From assembly GCF_009914755.1 (NCBI RefSeq), contig NC_060936.1: a stretch of 64,000 nt of DNA; one strand, written 5' to 3'. Both the position numbers and the translations under genes were made by a program. The notes below the pieces were generated by a model. The model was not told the origin of the DNA, did not search any database, and was given only the letters and a program-made list of their open reading frames with translations. Positions 28,515 to 44,503 of this stretch are shown one piece after another; position 1 is the first letter of the stretch, and each line of letters starts with the position of its first letter. Source of the stretch: the human T2T-CHM13v2.0 reference genome, Homo sapiens.

Positions 28515-31500
28515 GTAAGTCCTGGGACGTTTCACAGCGATGCTGCTTATTGGGTAGAAGTTATGCAAAGGAATGAGGCATCTTCTTTCTTTCAGCCTAC
28601 TTCTCTGTGGTGGGAATTTATTGGCTGAAGAATGACTTTTCAAATGGAACCACTGACTAGAAGTATTATGAATATATCAAATATCGTATTCATTCATTCA
28701 AGTTTCTCAAATCACCTACCATGTTTTGTCTCACCTCCAGTCCTTCCTACCATTGTTCCCTCTGATTTGAACACTCTTCCCTTTCCTCATCTCCTGGCTA
28801 ACTCCTACGTACCCTTAGTCTCGGTTCTTGTGTCACTTCCTTTGGAAAGCCTTCTAGGACTCTCTCTGGATGAGGTTAGGTGTTCCTGCTATGTAATATC
28901 ACAGTATTGAGCTCTGACCTCCCTTCCCCACATTACAGCCTTTATCATACTTCATTATTATTGGTTGATCTATTGTCTTTTCTGCTAGGCTGTTTATTCC
29001 AAAAGGGCAGAGGCTCTATTATATTCCTAGGACCCAGCACAGTGCCCTGAACAGAGTAGGCTCTCAATGTCTGCCAAATGAATGAATATTTTTAGAATAA
29101 TGTCTGTTCTGTAGCATGGAATGGACTAGGTATGATAAATGTTGAGTGATCATTTTAGGTTAAGAAACTCCCTTAGGGTAGGAAGATAGGTACTATTTTA
29201 GGTGTGTGTGCCTCAGAATAGGCAATCTACTCTTCTAGGCCAACATTTTAAGGACAGATGTCCAAGGAGGAGGTAAGTGAGGGAAGCAGGTCCCCAGAGT
29301 AGGAGGTTTTATTCCCTAGGTCAGAAGGTGGTAAACGAGAATGATATTTTGGGTTAGTGTGATATCCAGGGGTGTCCCCAGAGAAGGTTGAGACTATGGC
29401 TCTGTCTCTGTTAAGCTGTGCTGTGTCTAAGAAGGTTCTGCTGGGTAGAGATTCTCAGGGCAGGACTGAGATCATGGAAATTAGCTTTTATGTCCTCTAA
29501 CCCCTTGCTTTCTTCTTTTCTGCCTCCTTGCTTGAGGTTGCTTTCCTTACTCTTCTATCCTCAGCACTCTACCCAGTGGAAACTCAGAGTTATTTTGGAA
29601 TTGTGGAAAGCATTTTATTTTTCCAATCTTGGAAATTCAGGGAGAAACCAGGAGAGGAGACAGAAACAGGAGAGAATGGCACTTGACTAGCAGTGTCCTG
29701 CAGAGAAGCATGTTTTCTGGTAGGAAGAATGTATTGGAGGGTAGGGGAAGATAGCTGTGCTCTGGGAGGGAGCATTGGTGGAAAGAAGGAGTCCTTGCAA
29801 TGGAAGGGCCACTGAAAAGGGGAAGCAGCCTTCCCTTTTTAAAAAACATTTTCTTTAAAGTTGGGAGAGATCTGAATTGGGTGGGGAGGCCTGGTATTGA
29901 GAGGCAGTTCAAGGGAAGCATATGTCCTCAGAAGGGGTTCCAGGATTGAGACTGTCCTAGAGGAGGTGGTAATTTTTTTCAGGAAAAGGTTTTGAGTATG
30001 GATTTGATATTTCAAAATTATAATTTATCTTTTGGATATAAAGGGTGTCCACACTTTAGGAACTTAGAATTTGAAAGTAGTAGAATTTAGGGCAACAAGG
30101 TTTTCCTCAAACCAATATCTGTGCAGAGATGAGATTTTAGGTTGCTCTTTGTGCCAAAGAAAACAAATAGATTAGCATCCCAGGCTTTGTGAGAGGTGGT
30201 CACTTATAATCAATTCCACCTGAGGGTTTGGGAGACCATTATATTGGATCTCAACAGTTATAAGATCTTGGTAATGGTGTCTGATGTCCCCAAGAAAATC
30301 CCATATTGCCAGGATCATCATATTCTTATTCACAAACCGCAAGTATCTTAACTCACAAATTCAAATGGAGTTTGAAGGAGTTCTCCCATAATGTCATGTC
30401 AGGAACTTCTGGAATTGACAAAGCTAAAAGGAAGCTCTGGGCTCAGAGCTTAGCTCTGCTTGATATGGGAGATGCTTCCTCTTTCTGAGCTTCTGTCATT
30501 TTTCTTAGAGCCCTTAGTAAAGGGCCTCAAGCCATATGACCTTCCTCCCATTGTAGCCCCTTAGGCAAGGTGACATAATGGCTGCATAGAGAATCACATT
30601 TCCAGGCCAGCTCTGGCCTCTTTCTCAGTCTCAAATTATGTGGGAGGTAAATGTGAGTCTTTTTTGTATATGGACATCCTATAAGTTTCTGTACTTTCCT
30701 GGACTGCACAAACTAAAACCACATTAGTCTGGGTTTTATAATTTTTCGGACTATTAGTTGTGTTTCTTGGAGATGCAAAACTGCTTTATGCTTGTCATGT
30801 TGCACAACCTTGGAGCAAGACTTGGATAACATCTTACGGAATGTTATCCTTGTTGGATGGAGAAGTATTTGAAGGCAGGGTGAAGTAGACTCTAAGAAGA
30901 TGGGAAAGGAGACAAAATTGAAATGGTACTCTGAGTTCTGTATGATCTGACCCTCCAAGCCAGGTTTAAGACAGATCTTAAACCTCCCTGATATTGACTA
31001 AGGCAGGGATGCCATAAGTAACAAAGAAGGAAATATGACTAGAGTGTTCCTAGGCCGGAAGCTCCACAGCAAGGAGGGTGCTCTGGAAAGGGGTTTTTCA
31101 GGGTATATTTCTGTCCCTTATTGGGGATGCCACTTTTGGGAAGGGTTAATGGAAAAAAGAATCAGGAGCTGCTATCTCGATGATCCCCCCACACTTCAAA
31201 CAGGTTTCTTCCAAAGTATACCAGACAAATGGATGGCTGGCCTGTTTCTAAAGCCCTCCAGGGAAGGGCTCCTTAAGTCAATGCTCCAGAGCCTAGTGAC
31301 CCTCTACGCGGGTAAGTCCTCTCTTGCATCAAACTTAAACTCATATCCCTGTGTGCCTCCTGCCCCAGAAAACTTGAATGTGAAGGGCAGTGTTGAAAGG
31401 GAAAGGAAATCCCAAGTACAGAAAGAAGCATCCATGCCTGATGAATATCTGTTGTAGATGTGCAATCATAGTCTGATTTTATGCATGAATGAGGTATGAG

Positions 31501-31736
31501 GCTGACTCCATAAAGTGTTCAGAAATTATTTTATTAATTTATAGTTATACCATCCATATGAGCCTCAGATCTTTCCCCGCCTTTTAATAACTGCTAGACT
31601 GACAGATGTCTTCCCTTTCTATGGCTTCTTAGAAATCCATTTCACATAAATCTTTTGTCTGTTGCTCACAGACACTCCTGTCCTCCTGTGTCTAGGGGCT
31701 GAGTATTCATTGCAGCATCTCAGGTAGCCTCAGAGT

Positions 31737-31778
31737 ATGTGTGTGTGTGTGTGTGTGTGTATGTGTGTATGTGTGTGT
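31737..31778. repeat. Interrupted (GT)n microsatellite
   Basis: Directly visible. Confidence 0.93.
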
Positions 31779-33268
31779 AGGGGGTCACTATTATGCAGGG
31801 ATATTTTCTCACAGAATTATGCTTTCCAGAGGAAGGTGACTGGTAATGAAGAGGTAATAATCGCATGGTAATAAGATGCTATGTTAGCTAAGAACCCAGG
31901 AATACTTGAGTCTTGCCCCAGATAAATTATTGCTGCCTGCAAGGTTATTGAGGGGCTATTTACCTAGAGGAGAAAGCAAGACAAAGTGACACTTTATTAC
32001 TAACTGAAGCATTGGTCCCAAACCCTGAAGCAGAATTCATGATTTAGGCTAGACCATGTAGATAGCTTCTTTACCTGAGCTAGGTTTGCCAGATAGGCTA
32101 AAACTAAGGCAGGTCACAAGGCTGGCTTTGCTTCTCTTCCCTAAGCCCAGACCCAGATTATGATGTTACTGCTGTAAGCTGAGGAAAGGTGAATCCCAAC
32201 TATACCCACCAGAACCAGAGGAAAAGAGCAGGTGGGTGTCTGTCCTGTGTCCACCTGGATACCCATTATACTAGCTAGATGAGAGAGAGTGTTCCAGGAG
32301 AAAGAGCTGGCTGGATCTTCTCCCCTAGCATACAGATCCCAGGCCTCCTCATACTCCTCCAGGCTTCTAGGTGACAGAAGGAAAGAAAGAGCTTGCCAAG
32401 CCTCCTTCCGTGAGAGAGTAGCTTGTGTGTTTTTTAAAAATAGCTTTTTATTATAGAGAATTTCAAACATATAAAAAAAAGGGAGAATAGTTTAATGAAC
32501 CCCCATGTACCCATCAACTATTACCAACATTTTGCCAATCTTGTTTCATCTATTTCTTCTCACTTAATTTTATTTTTATGTTTTCTAGATTATTTTAAAC
32601 CAAATCACCGACATACATTTTACCTGTAAATACTTCAGTATGCATCTCTTTAATTAGGACATTAAAAAAATTATCATGCCATTATCAAATCTAACAAAAT
32701 TAACAATCATTCTTTACATTGTCTAATGCTCAGTTCTTATTAAACTTTTTATGATTGTGTTAGCAACATCTTTTTAGAGTTCATTTGTTTGACATAGGAG
32801 TCAAAGTTTGCATTTGGTTATTATGTTCCCATTCTGTAATAGTCCCTTTTCCTTTTTTTCTATGCCATTTATTGGTAGAAGAAGCCAGGTGATTTGTGCT
32901 ATAAAATGCCGAGTGGCTCTTTTTGTTATTCACCTGACAGCCCTCACCCTGGTGCAGTGACTCCACTCTTAGAAAAAGTGATTGAATTGGGAACACATCT
33001 CCTCCTTAGGGATATTTTGGTCTTGGTCTGTCTCATCTTTGAGAAGAGGAGAGGGGCCCTGAAGTCCTGCCACCAAGTCCTGTTGATTCTACCTCCTGAT
33101 TAGCTCTTGAATCCATCCACTTCTCATCCTAATCTATGCTCCATTCATTATACTACCACAGAGTGGTCCTTCCAGAATGTATGTTTGATTATGTCACTCT
33201 TCTGTTTATAGTTCTTCAGTAACTTGACATGCTATTAGGATAAAGTTTTAATTCCTTAAAACCATTTC

Positions 33269-33622
<354 letters not shown>

Positions 33623-34405
33623 CTATTGGCATTCACCCTTCACACTGTATTATCCACTCATATCTCTCAGCACCTTGATCCACCAAGCACTCTCACCTCT
33701 AAGTGTCACCCATGTTGGCCCCTCTGCCTCATCTGCTTAACTCCCAGTCCCTGCCTGAAGTCATGGCTGAAATGCCCCTCCCTGCTCTATGCCACCATAG
33801 CACCCTCACAATACTGCCTGTCTCCTGCACTAGACTTGGTCCTGGAGAGCAGGGCTGTTCATGTCTTGCTCATTGCCGCATCTCCAGTACCTGGCACAGT
33901 GCTTGGCACCAAGTATCTGCTGCTACTTGTCAATTGCATGAATGAATTATTATATACATTTCTCACAAGTAAGGGGGGTAGTTGTTCAGAGTAAGAAAGT
34001 ACATGTGATAGGGGCTTTTTTATCTAGAAAACATTTAATAAAACTAGTAATTTTAATACCTTAAGTTGGTTTTGCACATTTCCTCCTAACAGCTCAGAAT
34101 TTAAAGTCTGAAGCTAATACTTGCTTTCGTGTTAATTTTTTTGAACTTTTTATTGAATGGATAATACGCATATCTAAATTAATTCTTTGTATGTTTAGGA
34201 TATTCATTCAAATTTACCTAAGTCATACCCTTGGTTGCAAAGAGACTCTCTGCTGACCTAAGAGAGTTATCTGTACTGGGGTCAAACTGAAGCCAAAGTC
34301 TTACCGCTGAACAGAGCACATTTGAAATGCTTTCAAATGTGTGCTGTTTACATGCTTTTAGGGAAGACGGACTGTGTTAGAAGCCTGTCTGTTGTGTTTC
34401 CACAG

Positions 34406-34580
34406 GCTATTTGGGGGCTTGGTGCTGGACATCAAGCGGAAGGCCCCCTGGTACTGGAGCGACTACCGAGATGCACTCAGCTTACAGTGTTTGGCTTCCT
34501 TTCTGTTCCTGTACTGTGCCTGCATGTCACCTGTCATCACCTTTGGGGGACTGCTTGGAGAAGCCACTGAGGGACGCATA
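34406..34580 (+). CDS. SLC4A8: SLC4A8 exon 12 (RLFGGLVLDIKRK...TEGRI; start of membrane domain)
   Basis: ccacag|GCTATT ... CATA|gtaagg; 175 nt. Confidence 0.96.
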
Positions 34581-35183
34581 GTAAGGACTTTTAACCACTT
34601 CTAATGATCCCAAACAAGACCTAAAATATTGTGGCGGCAGCCAGGTCCACCGTGGGGGAAATTACTTGGTCTAGGACTGAAGAGATTGGATTTTTCCTCT
34701 GAATTACCATGGTCTTCTGACATCACACCAAAGAGCAACACAGTCCTCTCTTTAGAACAGACTCTTCTGCTTGAACATCAGCTTCAGTAGCTGGTTGCCC
34801 AGTTGAATTTTCTGTTGCCTCAGTGATGGAAAATGGATATATTGATGCCATTTCAAAATAAGATTTAAAATGACTCTGTATGTGAGCTTGTAGTGTGAAT
34901 GGTATCACTGTGCTTTCTGTATATTTTCAAATACTGAATTGAGTCACTGAAGAATAGGAGTTAGTTAAGGAATCATGTGTCAATGGAGCTGGGCACCTGA
35001 ATTATTAAAGTAGTATCTGTTTACAGGAGTATTACATGGTGTGTACACATCACTCTTGCTAAGATGAAATACAAGCAAATGGCCATCAAGGCACACAGGA
35101 GAGCAAAGTCAGGAATGTAGCTAAGCCAACATTACTCTGTACTGATGGGCTATGGACTCAGTGATGACTTTTTTTCCTCTCAG

Positions 35184-35317
35184 AGTGCAATTGAATCCTT
35201 GTTTGGAGCTTCCATGACTGGGATTGCTTATTCCTTGTTTGCGGGACAGGCTCTCACCATCCTGGGAAGTACTGGACCAGTGCTTGTGTTTGAAAAGATT
35301 TTGTTCAAATTCTGCAA
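35184..35317 (+). CDS. SLC4A8: SLC4A8 exon 13 (SAIESLFG...STGPVLVFEKILFKFC)
   Basis: tctcag|AGTGCA ... TGCAA|gtaaga; 134 nt. Confidence 0.96.
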
Positions 35318-36079
35318 GTAAGACATTTGTTTTTCTGAAAACTCTAACCAGATTTAGTGATTATGCTGCCAGGATTAAATGTCAGGGTTCTACTCAGTAC
35401 AGACAGGCAATATCATTTTGGATTGTAAGAAACCTGAAAGGAGACCATCATTTGGTCTGTTGTCCTGCCCCCGGGTAGCACCATACCCAAAATAGCAGAT
35501 CTCCTATTGTTAAAGAGCTTGATTAATATTCCTCAGCCATTATTGAAGTCTTGACTTTTTATCTTTAAAAAGACTTTCCCTAGCTAATTCAAACTTCTCC
35601 ATTTCCATTGTGAGTCAATTTTTAATTTGGCCTAATATCCTCCCCCTGCTGTTTTTTTTTGTTTTGTTTTGTTTTTTTTGCTATTGATAGTGGGGCACAA
35701 GAGTGCTCTGGTTTCCCTAATTTTCCTATACAATCTTTTCTTTTTTCCTTTTATATTTCAAGTAGCAGCTCATGGGACTATGGCCAGCCCCTTTTTTTCT
35801 TAACTGCAAGAATAAGATCATAATTACATTAGGTAGTAATGGCAGGAATGTATATGAGACAATTTCTTTTTTTAGTTTTCGTATCCTTGCGCATATCCTG
35901 TGAGGCAAATCTGTATCATAACTGTGCCAGAGCACTATTTAGAAGGAAAATACAATCAGAATTAGGGATAAACTGGGTTCCAGTGCTCGTTTAGATGAAA
36001 TGAATTAACCACATTTCTGACTCCTTGTCTCTTAATGCCATCCATCCATGCGTTCTGATGAACTTTGGTCTTGTTTCAG

Positions 36080-36325
36080 AGACTATGCTCTTTCATACCT
36101 CTCCCTGCGAGCTTGTATTGGACTGTGGACCGCTTTCCTGTGTATTGTCCTTGTGGCAACTGATGCCAGTTCCCTTGTCTGCTACATTACCCGTTTCACT
36201 GAAGAAGCATTTGCCTCCCTAATTTGCATTATTTTCATCTATGAAGCAATAGAAAAACTGATTCACCTGGCAGAGACCTACCCCATCCACATGCACAGCC
36301 AGCTGGACCACCTTAGCCTCTATTA
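36080..36325 (+). CDS. SLC4A8: SLC4A8 exon 14 (KDYALSYL...RFTEEAF...HLSLY)
   Basis: tttcag|AGACTA ... TATTA|gtaagt; 246 nt. Confidence 0.96.
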
Positions 36326-37669
36326 GTAAGTGTGCTTTCTGCTTATTTTTAAAAATTGAGCAAAGGGCCTGAGTTTAATTGCTGATGTAGAGTGCTAGGC
36401 AGTGCTTACAGCTTCTGGTCAAGAAGTGTCTTGCCCTTTAGGAAACGGATCTCAGATACAGACAAGGAGTATTGGAGGGCTGCCAGAGGAGAACAATCAA
36501 AAGTGTTGACAGAGAAGATCGACTAGAAGTGAAACACGAAGGGGACTCAAGAAATGCTTTCCAGACCATGTCTTTTGGTTCTAGGCACTGAAACAAAAAT
36601 GGGCTGCAAATGTAGCAGGGAGAATTTGAGTTAGTTATGGGGAGGAACTTCTTTTTGCAAGGACTTTGTGAGCCTCTGGACTATGTTATCAAGTGAGAGA
36701 ATGGACTCTGTCCTTTGTTGAAATGAAGGACTCTCTTTCTCTGAAAGTATGTACAGGCAACTCTTAGGAATTATTAGGTGAAGATATATTAATCATTCCT
36801 TTCAGATCCAGAAGTGTCTCACACTGTATCATAAAGATCCAGGAGCCTACTTACTTCCTAGATTTCAACTTAAGAGATTATGATTTCTTTATGTGTTCAA
36901 TATGGTTTGGATCACTTGGAAAAGAAACACGGTACCTGGCTGTGTTTTCAACCATCTAGGACACTCTGGTCCTATAAACATTTCTTCTCTGGAATAGTAT
37001 TCTCCAAATTATGACTAAAGATCCTCTTCCCTTAGCTCTGTACATCAAGTTCTGGCTGTACAGTTCTGATGTGGAGGATCTGGTTGTGAAATGAACAACT
37101 TCAGTCTGAAATTGTCTCAGAAGAGAGAGTACACTTTCTGGAGGCATCTGCGGACCAGCGACAGATACACTTTCATCTATTCTAGTTATTCACTCATTAA
37201 CCTTTTAAAAATCAGAATTAATAAAAAATTTATTAGAACTTTATTTTACTAGAAAGTAACAATGATTAGGGAGTATCATCTTCAAAGCCTAGTGAATTGG
37301 CTCCTATTGGCATTAGAGTTCTCATTTCTGTAAGGTTGATTCTTTGACCTCTTTTTATCATTATTTTCTTTGTTTAACAAATATTTATTGAGCACCTATT
37401 ATGTACCAAGCACTGTTTTAGGCCTTGGAAACACAGTGGCAAACATGACAAAGGATCTGTCTTTATGAGGCTTATATCTGAGAAGACAGGCAAAGTGACC
37501 AGCCCCGGATTGAGTAGACTTTGGTTCCAGAAACAAATTCTTTGTTAATAAAGCTCAAGATGATATTTTTTTTTAGTTGCATTCTACTGTTATTTCATAT
37601 GGTGCTGATGTGAAGCTAGAACTCCTTAACTCTTTAAATGATTTTATGTTAATATGTATGTAATTGATT

Positions 37670-38225
37670 TTTAAAAAATAGAGTTTATTTTTTAAAGCAG
37701 TTTTAGGTTCACAGCAAAGTTGAACAGCAAGTACAGAGAGTTAGCATATACCCCCTACCCCAGCACACACACAGTCTCCCCCAATATCAATATCCCACAC
37801 CGGAGTGGTAAGTTTGTTACAATCAGTGAACCTACACAGACACATCATTGCCACCCAAAGTCCATAGATTACATTAGAGTTGACTCTTGGTGTTGTACAT
37901 TCTATGGATTTTGATAAATGTATAATGACATGTATCCTCCATTATAATATCATACAGAATACTTTCACTTCCTTAAAAATCTCCTGTGCTCTGCCAGTTG
38001 CTCTCTCCCTACCCCCAACTCCTAACAACTACTGACCTTTTTATGTCCTTATAGTTTTGAATTTTCCAGAATATCATAGTTGGAATCATACAGTACGTAG
38101 CCTTTTCAGATTGGCTTCTTTCACTTTGTAATATGCATTTAAGGTCCTCTGTTTTTTCATGGCTTGGTGGTTCATTTCTTCTTAGTACTGAATAATATTC
38201 CATTGTCTGGATGTACCACAGTTTA
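37670..38225 (-). mobile_element. L1 (L1MC-like) 3' fragment
   Basis: gcagttttaggttcacagcaaa... 3'-end motif; MEYYSVLRRNE-like remnant. Confidence 0.8.
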
Positions 38226-39138
38226 ATTATTTGGAATTGATTTTTTTAAACCTAAGTATAGGGCTTTATAGCTTTCCCTATTACTTTTCGTTTTGTCAAT
38301 TTCTTCCTATTATTCTAACCTGTCGAGAGCTTTTTGAATTTTAATTCAGTCATGCCGTATCTTAGAAGGCATGCTTATTAAATTCACAGACCATACAAAG
38401 TTAGTGGTGTTGGCTGTGTCAGTTGACCATATTGGGAGCCAGGTCAGGCATGAAGCATGCTGGGACTGGGAGGCAACATGGTGGCCAATGGCACAGGTGT
38501 GGTCTGGTCTGGTCTGGTTTGGCTGGAGTAGGAGGCCTGGGGAAGCTAATGGAGTTTCTAGGTCTGGCTCTACCATGAGCGGCCAGGGAATGGCCAAGGT
38601 AGTGGGGTATTACCAAAGATAACTCAGTGTCAGAAAGTGCTTACATCACGATTCCAGGAGACTCTGACTTTTAGAACAAGAGCATGACGAAGGGTATAGA
38701 GAATAAGATATTCAGGCTTGGAAGAAGTTATTGAGAAGTAAGTGGGATATCGAGACCTCCTTGCTATGTAGACTAAATTTCATAGCAAGAGCCTAAGAGA
38801 TAGAAATCGGGCAAAAACAAAAACAAAAACAAAACAAAAACAAAAACAAAAAACAAAACAACCAATCAAGACTCATTCTGGGCACATCAGATGCCAAATG
38901 TGGTTATCAGCACAGTTTAATCCAAGACCCATGGGCTGATTTGAGTCAAACTTTTGTAATGACTGACTGAAAAATTAGAATGTGATGGGGCCTACAGAGG
39001 GGCCTCAGCTCCTCAGGTCTGAAGTATGCAAAGAAGCAGCAAGGCAGCTCCTGACAGCCTTTAAACCAGTTGTTCTAAAAACATTTAACTGAGTATTTGG
39101 CTGTTTTCCTCAGGAATCTTTTTAATTTTTCCCCTCAG

Positions 39139-39244
39139 CTGCAGGTGTACTCTGCCAGAGAATCCAAACAATCACACCCTCCAGTACTGGAAGGACCACA
39201 ACATCGTGACAGCAGAAGTCCACTGGGCTAACCTGACTGTCAGT
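39139..39244 (+). CDS. SLC4A8: SLC4A8 exon 15 (YCRCTLPENPNNHT...ANLTVS; large extracellular loop)
   Basis: cctcag|CTGCAG ... CAGT|gtaagt; 106 nt; loop cysteines and the NHT and NLT sequons. Confidence 0.95.
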
Positions 39245-39841
39245 GTAAGTCTGGGAGCTGCCAGATGTCCTAGCATTGTGACCACAGGTTTAGGAGGGAC
39301 TTCTAAGTGAAGGGGAGGAGTAGCCCTTTGGCCAAACTCTGGCATTTACCGAAATAAAGCTTTTTAAAAAACAATTCTTACTCACTTTCTTTTATCCTTT
39401 CAGAATTTTTCTTGTATGTTAAGGGAGAAGATTACCCTTCTCTTTTCTCCCCCCTACATCCTACCCAGTGACCCTGCACTAAGGATAGGTGGGGATGAAA
39501 CCATGCAGGACAGGGGGCAGATCCAGACATGTAGGGTTGAAGAATGTTCAAGTTTGGAGGTCCTCTGTGATAAGAAAAATATAAGTTGCCAGGGTCCTTC
39601 CAGAGCCTTGGAAGTAGTATTGTTCAGAACAGTTCTATGTCTTAGGACCATAAGTAACCACCCTACTTGAAAGTGGCCTGTGCAAGACAGCACCCCGCAA
39701 CTGCATAAAGGTCAAGGGGATGCTGCTTGCAGCCTCTGCTCCCAACAACCATGGGATGACAATGAGTGGTGGACTCAGTAGGAAACAGCTATTTATTTGG
39801 TTGTGTCTGCCTTTCATCACCCAGAATGCTTATTCCTCCAG

Positions 39842-40003
39842 GAATGCCAGGAGATGCATGGAGAGTTCATGGGATCTGCGTGCGGCCATCATGGACCCTA
39901 CACTCCTGATGTCCTCTTTTGGTCCTGTATTCTCTTTTTCACCACCTTCATCCTCTCAAGCACCTTAAAGACGTTTAAGACGAGCCGTTATTTCCCAACC
40001 AGA
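39842..40003 (+). CDS. SLC4A8: SLC4A8 exon 16 (ECQEMHG...KTSRYFPTR)
   Basis: ctccag|GAATGC ... CAGA|gtaggt; 162 nt; ends in phase 0. Confidence 0.96.
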
Positions 40004-40983
40004 GTAGGTAGCATGTTCATGCATTTCTTTCACGTTAGAATCAAATATAACAGAACCTTTTCTCAGCCTTCATGCTGCTTATGGGGTTGATTGGCCAGGT
40101 GGAGAACTCCAGATGTCCTGATGAGCCACACTGGCATTCTCTCCTAGTGTCTGGCAGCCTCTTTCATAGATCTGTGGTTGGGAATGAAGGGTTAATACTT
40201 AAAACCTTTTTGGTTTACAAGTGCCAGTTAAGGTTAAGGTGGTAGTGATGGTTTTTTAAAAGTTATTAAGTCTTATTTCCAGAATGCTGTTACGTTTCAT
40301 TTCCAGAATTCTGAGACACTTAACACACAATAGCTACAGCTGGCTCCTGAATACAGTAAATTGTCATTGTGACCTTGGATACTTTAGGGGACCCAAAAAT
40401 CTTCTCCCAGGGATGGCTTTTTTAATAGCTTATGAAATCACTGGCGACACTGACTGCAGCAACCAGCATGCTCCTGACTTAGTTTGTATGACTGTTTGAA
40501 ACCTCAGCAACCTTTCCATGATGCAGATAGCATTGTTTGTATTATGAGCAAGGCTTTTGCCAGTTTTGGCAGGGCAAGATTAGAGGCTGAGTGTGGAGTA
40601 GCTACATGGGCCATTTCTTTGAAAGGGAACTTGAGAAGGTGGAGAATGGCTACTGGGACCTCATCACAGAAAGTTAACACTGAAAAGAATAAGTGCATGA
40701 ATTATTTACATCCTTCAGTCACATGGAAACATCTATAATAAATGACCATTACATTTGCCATATCAAAAATATAAAAGGAAGGTGGGTGATCTACAGTGAC
40801 CACAAAGTTTGTGCCACAGAAGGGCCCCCTGAAGGCCTGGGTTACATGTACTTTTACCACAGTATACCAAGCTAAACCTCAAACATACGAATCAGTGAGA
40901 AGAAGCCACATACCTTTTTAATTTGCCAAAAAGTTAGAACAGCCAGATATGAAGAAATACATTGTGTATTTGTAGTTTATTTA

Positions 40984-41348
<365 letters not shown>

Positions 41349-41671
41349 TCATATTAGTGATGATACACTATTGTAGATAGTTTTAATAAATGTTTAAGTA
41401 GAAGATAATATAAAAAAGGGTGTTCATTTTGCTGGCGAGAGATCTACCATCAGTACATCAAAAATGGGGATGTGCTCCCAGTCCTCTATTGGGGGATAGG
41501 TGCTAGTGGCCTTCAGAGAAACCTATTTATGTGGCCAGTGGTGTGGCCTTACCTGCAGTAAATAAAAAACCTTCTTGGTGTTTCATATAGAAAATCAGCC
41601 ATTGGGCGGGGCATTATTTACGGCATTTTTTTTTCATTGCACACAATAATTTCTGACCTATACATGTATAA

Positions 41672-42015
<344 letters not shown>

Positions 42016-42642
42016 TAAAATATATTTTTAATTTAAATCATACAAAAATTCATAATATGATTTTGTGAATGTGTGTGAAAGTGTGAGACCTTTACATTTC
42101 ACTACAAAACCTGTGATGGTTTGGTTTTTAAAGGCTAAACGGTTGGTATTAAGCAAGTAAATATTTTAATGAAACTATAACTCAGGAACAGTTTAAAATA
42201 TTAGTTTCCCACTTAGATTTCAAGGCATAAAAAGGGCTGAGTTTATCCCTTTAAGTGCTGTCAAGAATTCACTTGGGTTTGTGATATTTGGTGGTACAAT
42301 GCCAAATGCCCACAGCAGCATTATATTGTACTTTGCCAAAGGTAGACAGAGGAATTCTCTATTTCTCAGCAGTCGTTTCCCCAAAAAGTATAATGTTTAT
42401 TTTTAGTTAAAATAGTCTTGTTTTACCATACCACATGATGACTCCCTGGAAGTTATCATGTGAAGTTCCCCAAATTAGTATTTTCTCATCTCTGAGCTCT
42501 TTGCCTGACTCCATTTCTACATTTTTCAGGGGCCAGAGGCTCATCTCTGCCATTTTTCCATGTATCGCCTCCTGATTTGACTTCACTGATTATCTGCTGT
42601 GACTAGCAGTGTTATTTTGGATACTTTAAGAATTTCAGATGT

Positions 42643-43249
<607 letters not shown>

Positions 43250-44206
43250 TCAGACGCAAAGAAACTTTATATGATATTATAAAAGACAGTCCTTTCCATT
43301 TTGGTTTATTTCAGTATTTTAGTTGCAACCTGGGATTAAATTGGAGTTTCAAATGTGATGAAAAGTAGAATGATAACATTCTGTAATTTTCCTACTGCTC
43401 TGCACCAAATTCCAGAGTCTCTGGAGTTTGTATTTCAAATTATTCAGTCGAATGAAACAGGATTTATTGCTGTCTGCTTAACATATATTTGTTTGGTTGA
43501 AAGGATTTTTCCAGAAACTGTAGGAAAATGAAGCAGAATCAACTGGGTGAAATATAGCACAAACATTGGATTAGGATGTGGTGAATTGTGAGCAATCAGG
43601 ATTCTGGTTGTGACTGGGGCCCCTGTCTCATAGGAGCTTAATACCATGTGAGCCAGGGACGCAGTGTCCAAGGCCCATGGCCTGGAGACCTGGATGCTGG
43701 CTGTGGACCTTGGGCAAGTCCCTCATCTTCCCTGTGCCTCACCTCATCTGCACAATGATGTGATGACACCTGCCATCTCTTTCCAATTATGCTTCAAGGA
43801 TGCAGTGAGATTTGATATGATGACCCAAGAGTAGAAGGTGGTGTGCCATGGTGTGTCCTAGTTTAGCATGCTCCCTGCCTTCTCTTCTCTGACATTTTAT
43901 TCAATTTGGGAACAGATGGGATTGGCAGGAGGGGAGCTCATGGTGTAGTAATACTCTACTAAAGTGTGCCTATTGGTATTACCTTCTAATGTTGAGTTGG
44001 ATTTCCTAAAGCAGCCCACTTTGTTACTGAAGTTGCTGACTCCTGTGGAAATCCCCACACTAAGCAGCCTTACAAAATCCAGTCCCCATAGAATAATGAC
44101 TCCACACAGGCGTCAAAAATGGATTGTCTTCAATTATGTTACAAAGCAAACACCTTTTTGGGGGATGGAGGATGATTGGGTGTTTGGATTGAAATGTAGA
44201 CAAAGG

Positions 44207-44503
44207 GGCTGGGTGCGGTGGCTCATGGCTATAATCCCAGCACTTTGGGAGGCCAAGGTGGGTGGATTGCTTGAAGCCAGGAGTTCCAGACCAGTCTGGC
44301 CAACATGGTGAAACCCCATCTCTACTAAAAATACAAAAATTAGCTGGGCGTGGTGGTGCATGACTGTAATCCCCACTACTGGGTTGAGGCACGAGAATTG
44401 CTTGAGCCCAGGAGGTGGAGGTTGCAGTGAGCTGAGATCGTGCCACTGCATTCCAGCCTGGGCGACAGAGTGAGACTTGGTCTCAAAAAAAAAAAAAAAA
44501 AAA
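44207..44503 (+). mobile_element. Alu (S-type)
   Basis: Full dimer; TSD aaatgt(a/g)gacaaa. Confidence 0.92.

Noticed and set aside
40693-40875. USP13-like ORF as a functional deubiquitinase or as a spliced-in SLC4A8 exon
   Set aside because: No Cys box, altered His-box residues, GTG start, and no pyrimidine-rich acceptor upstream.
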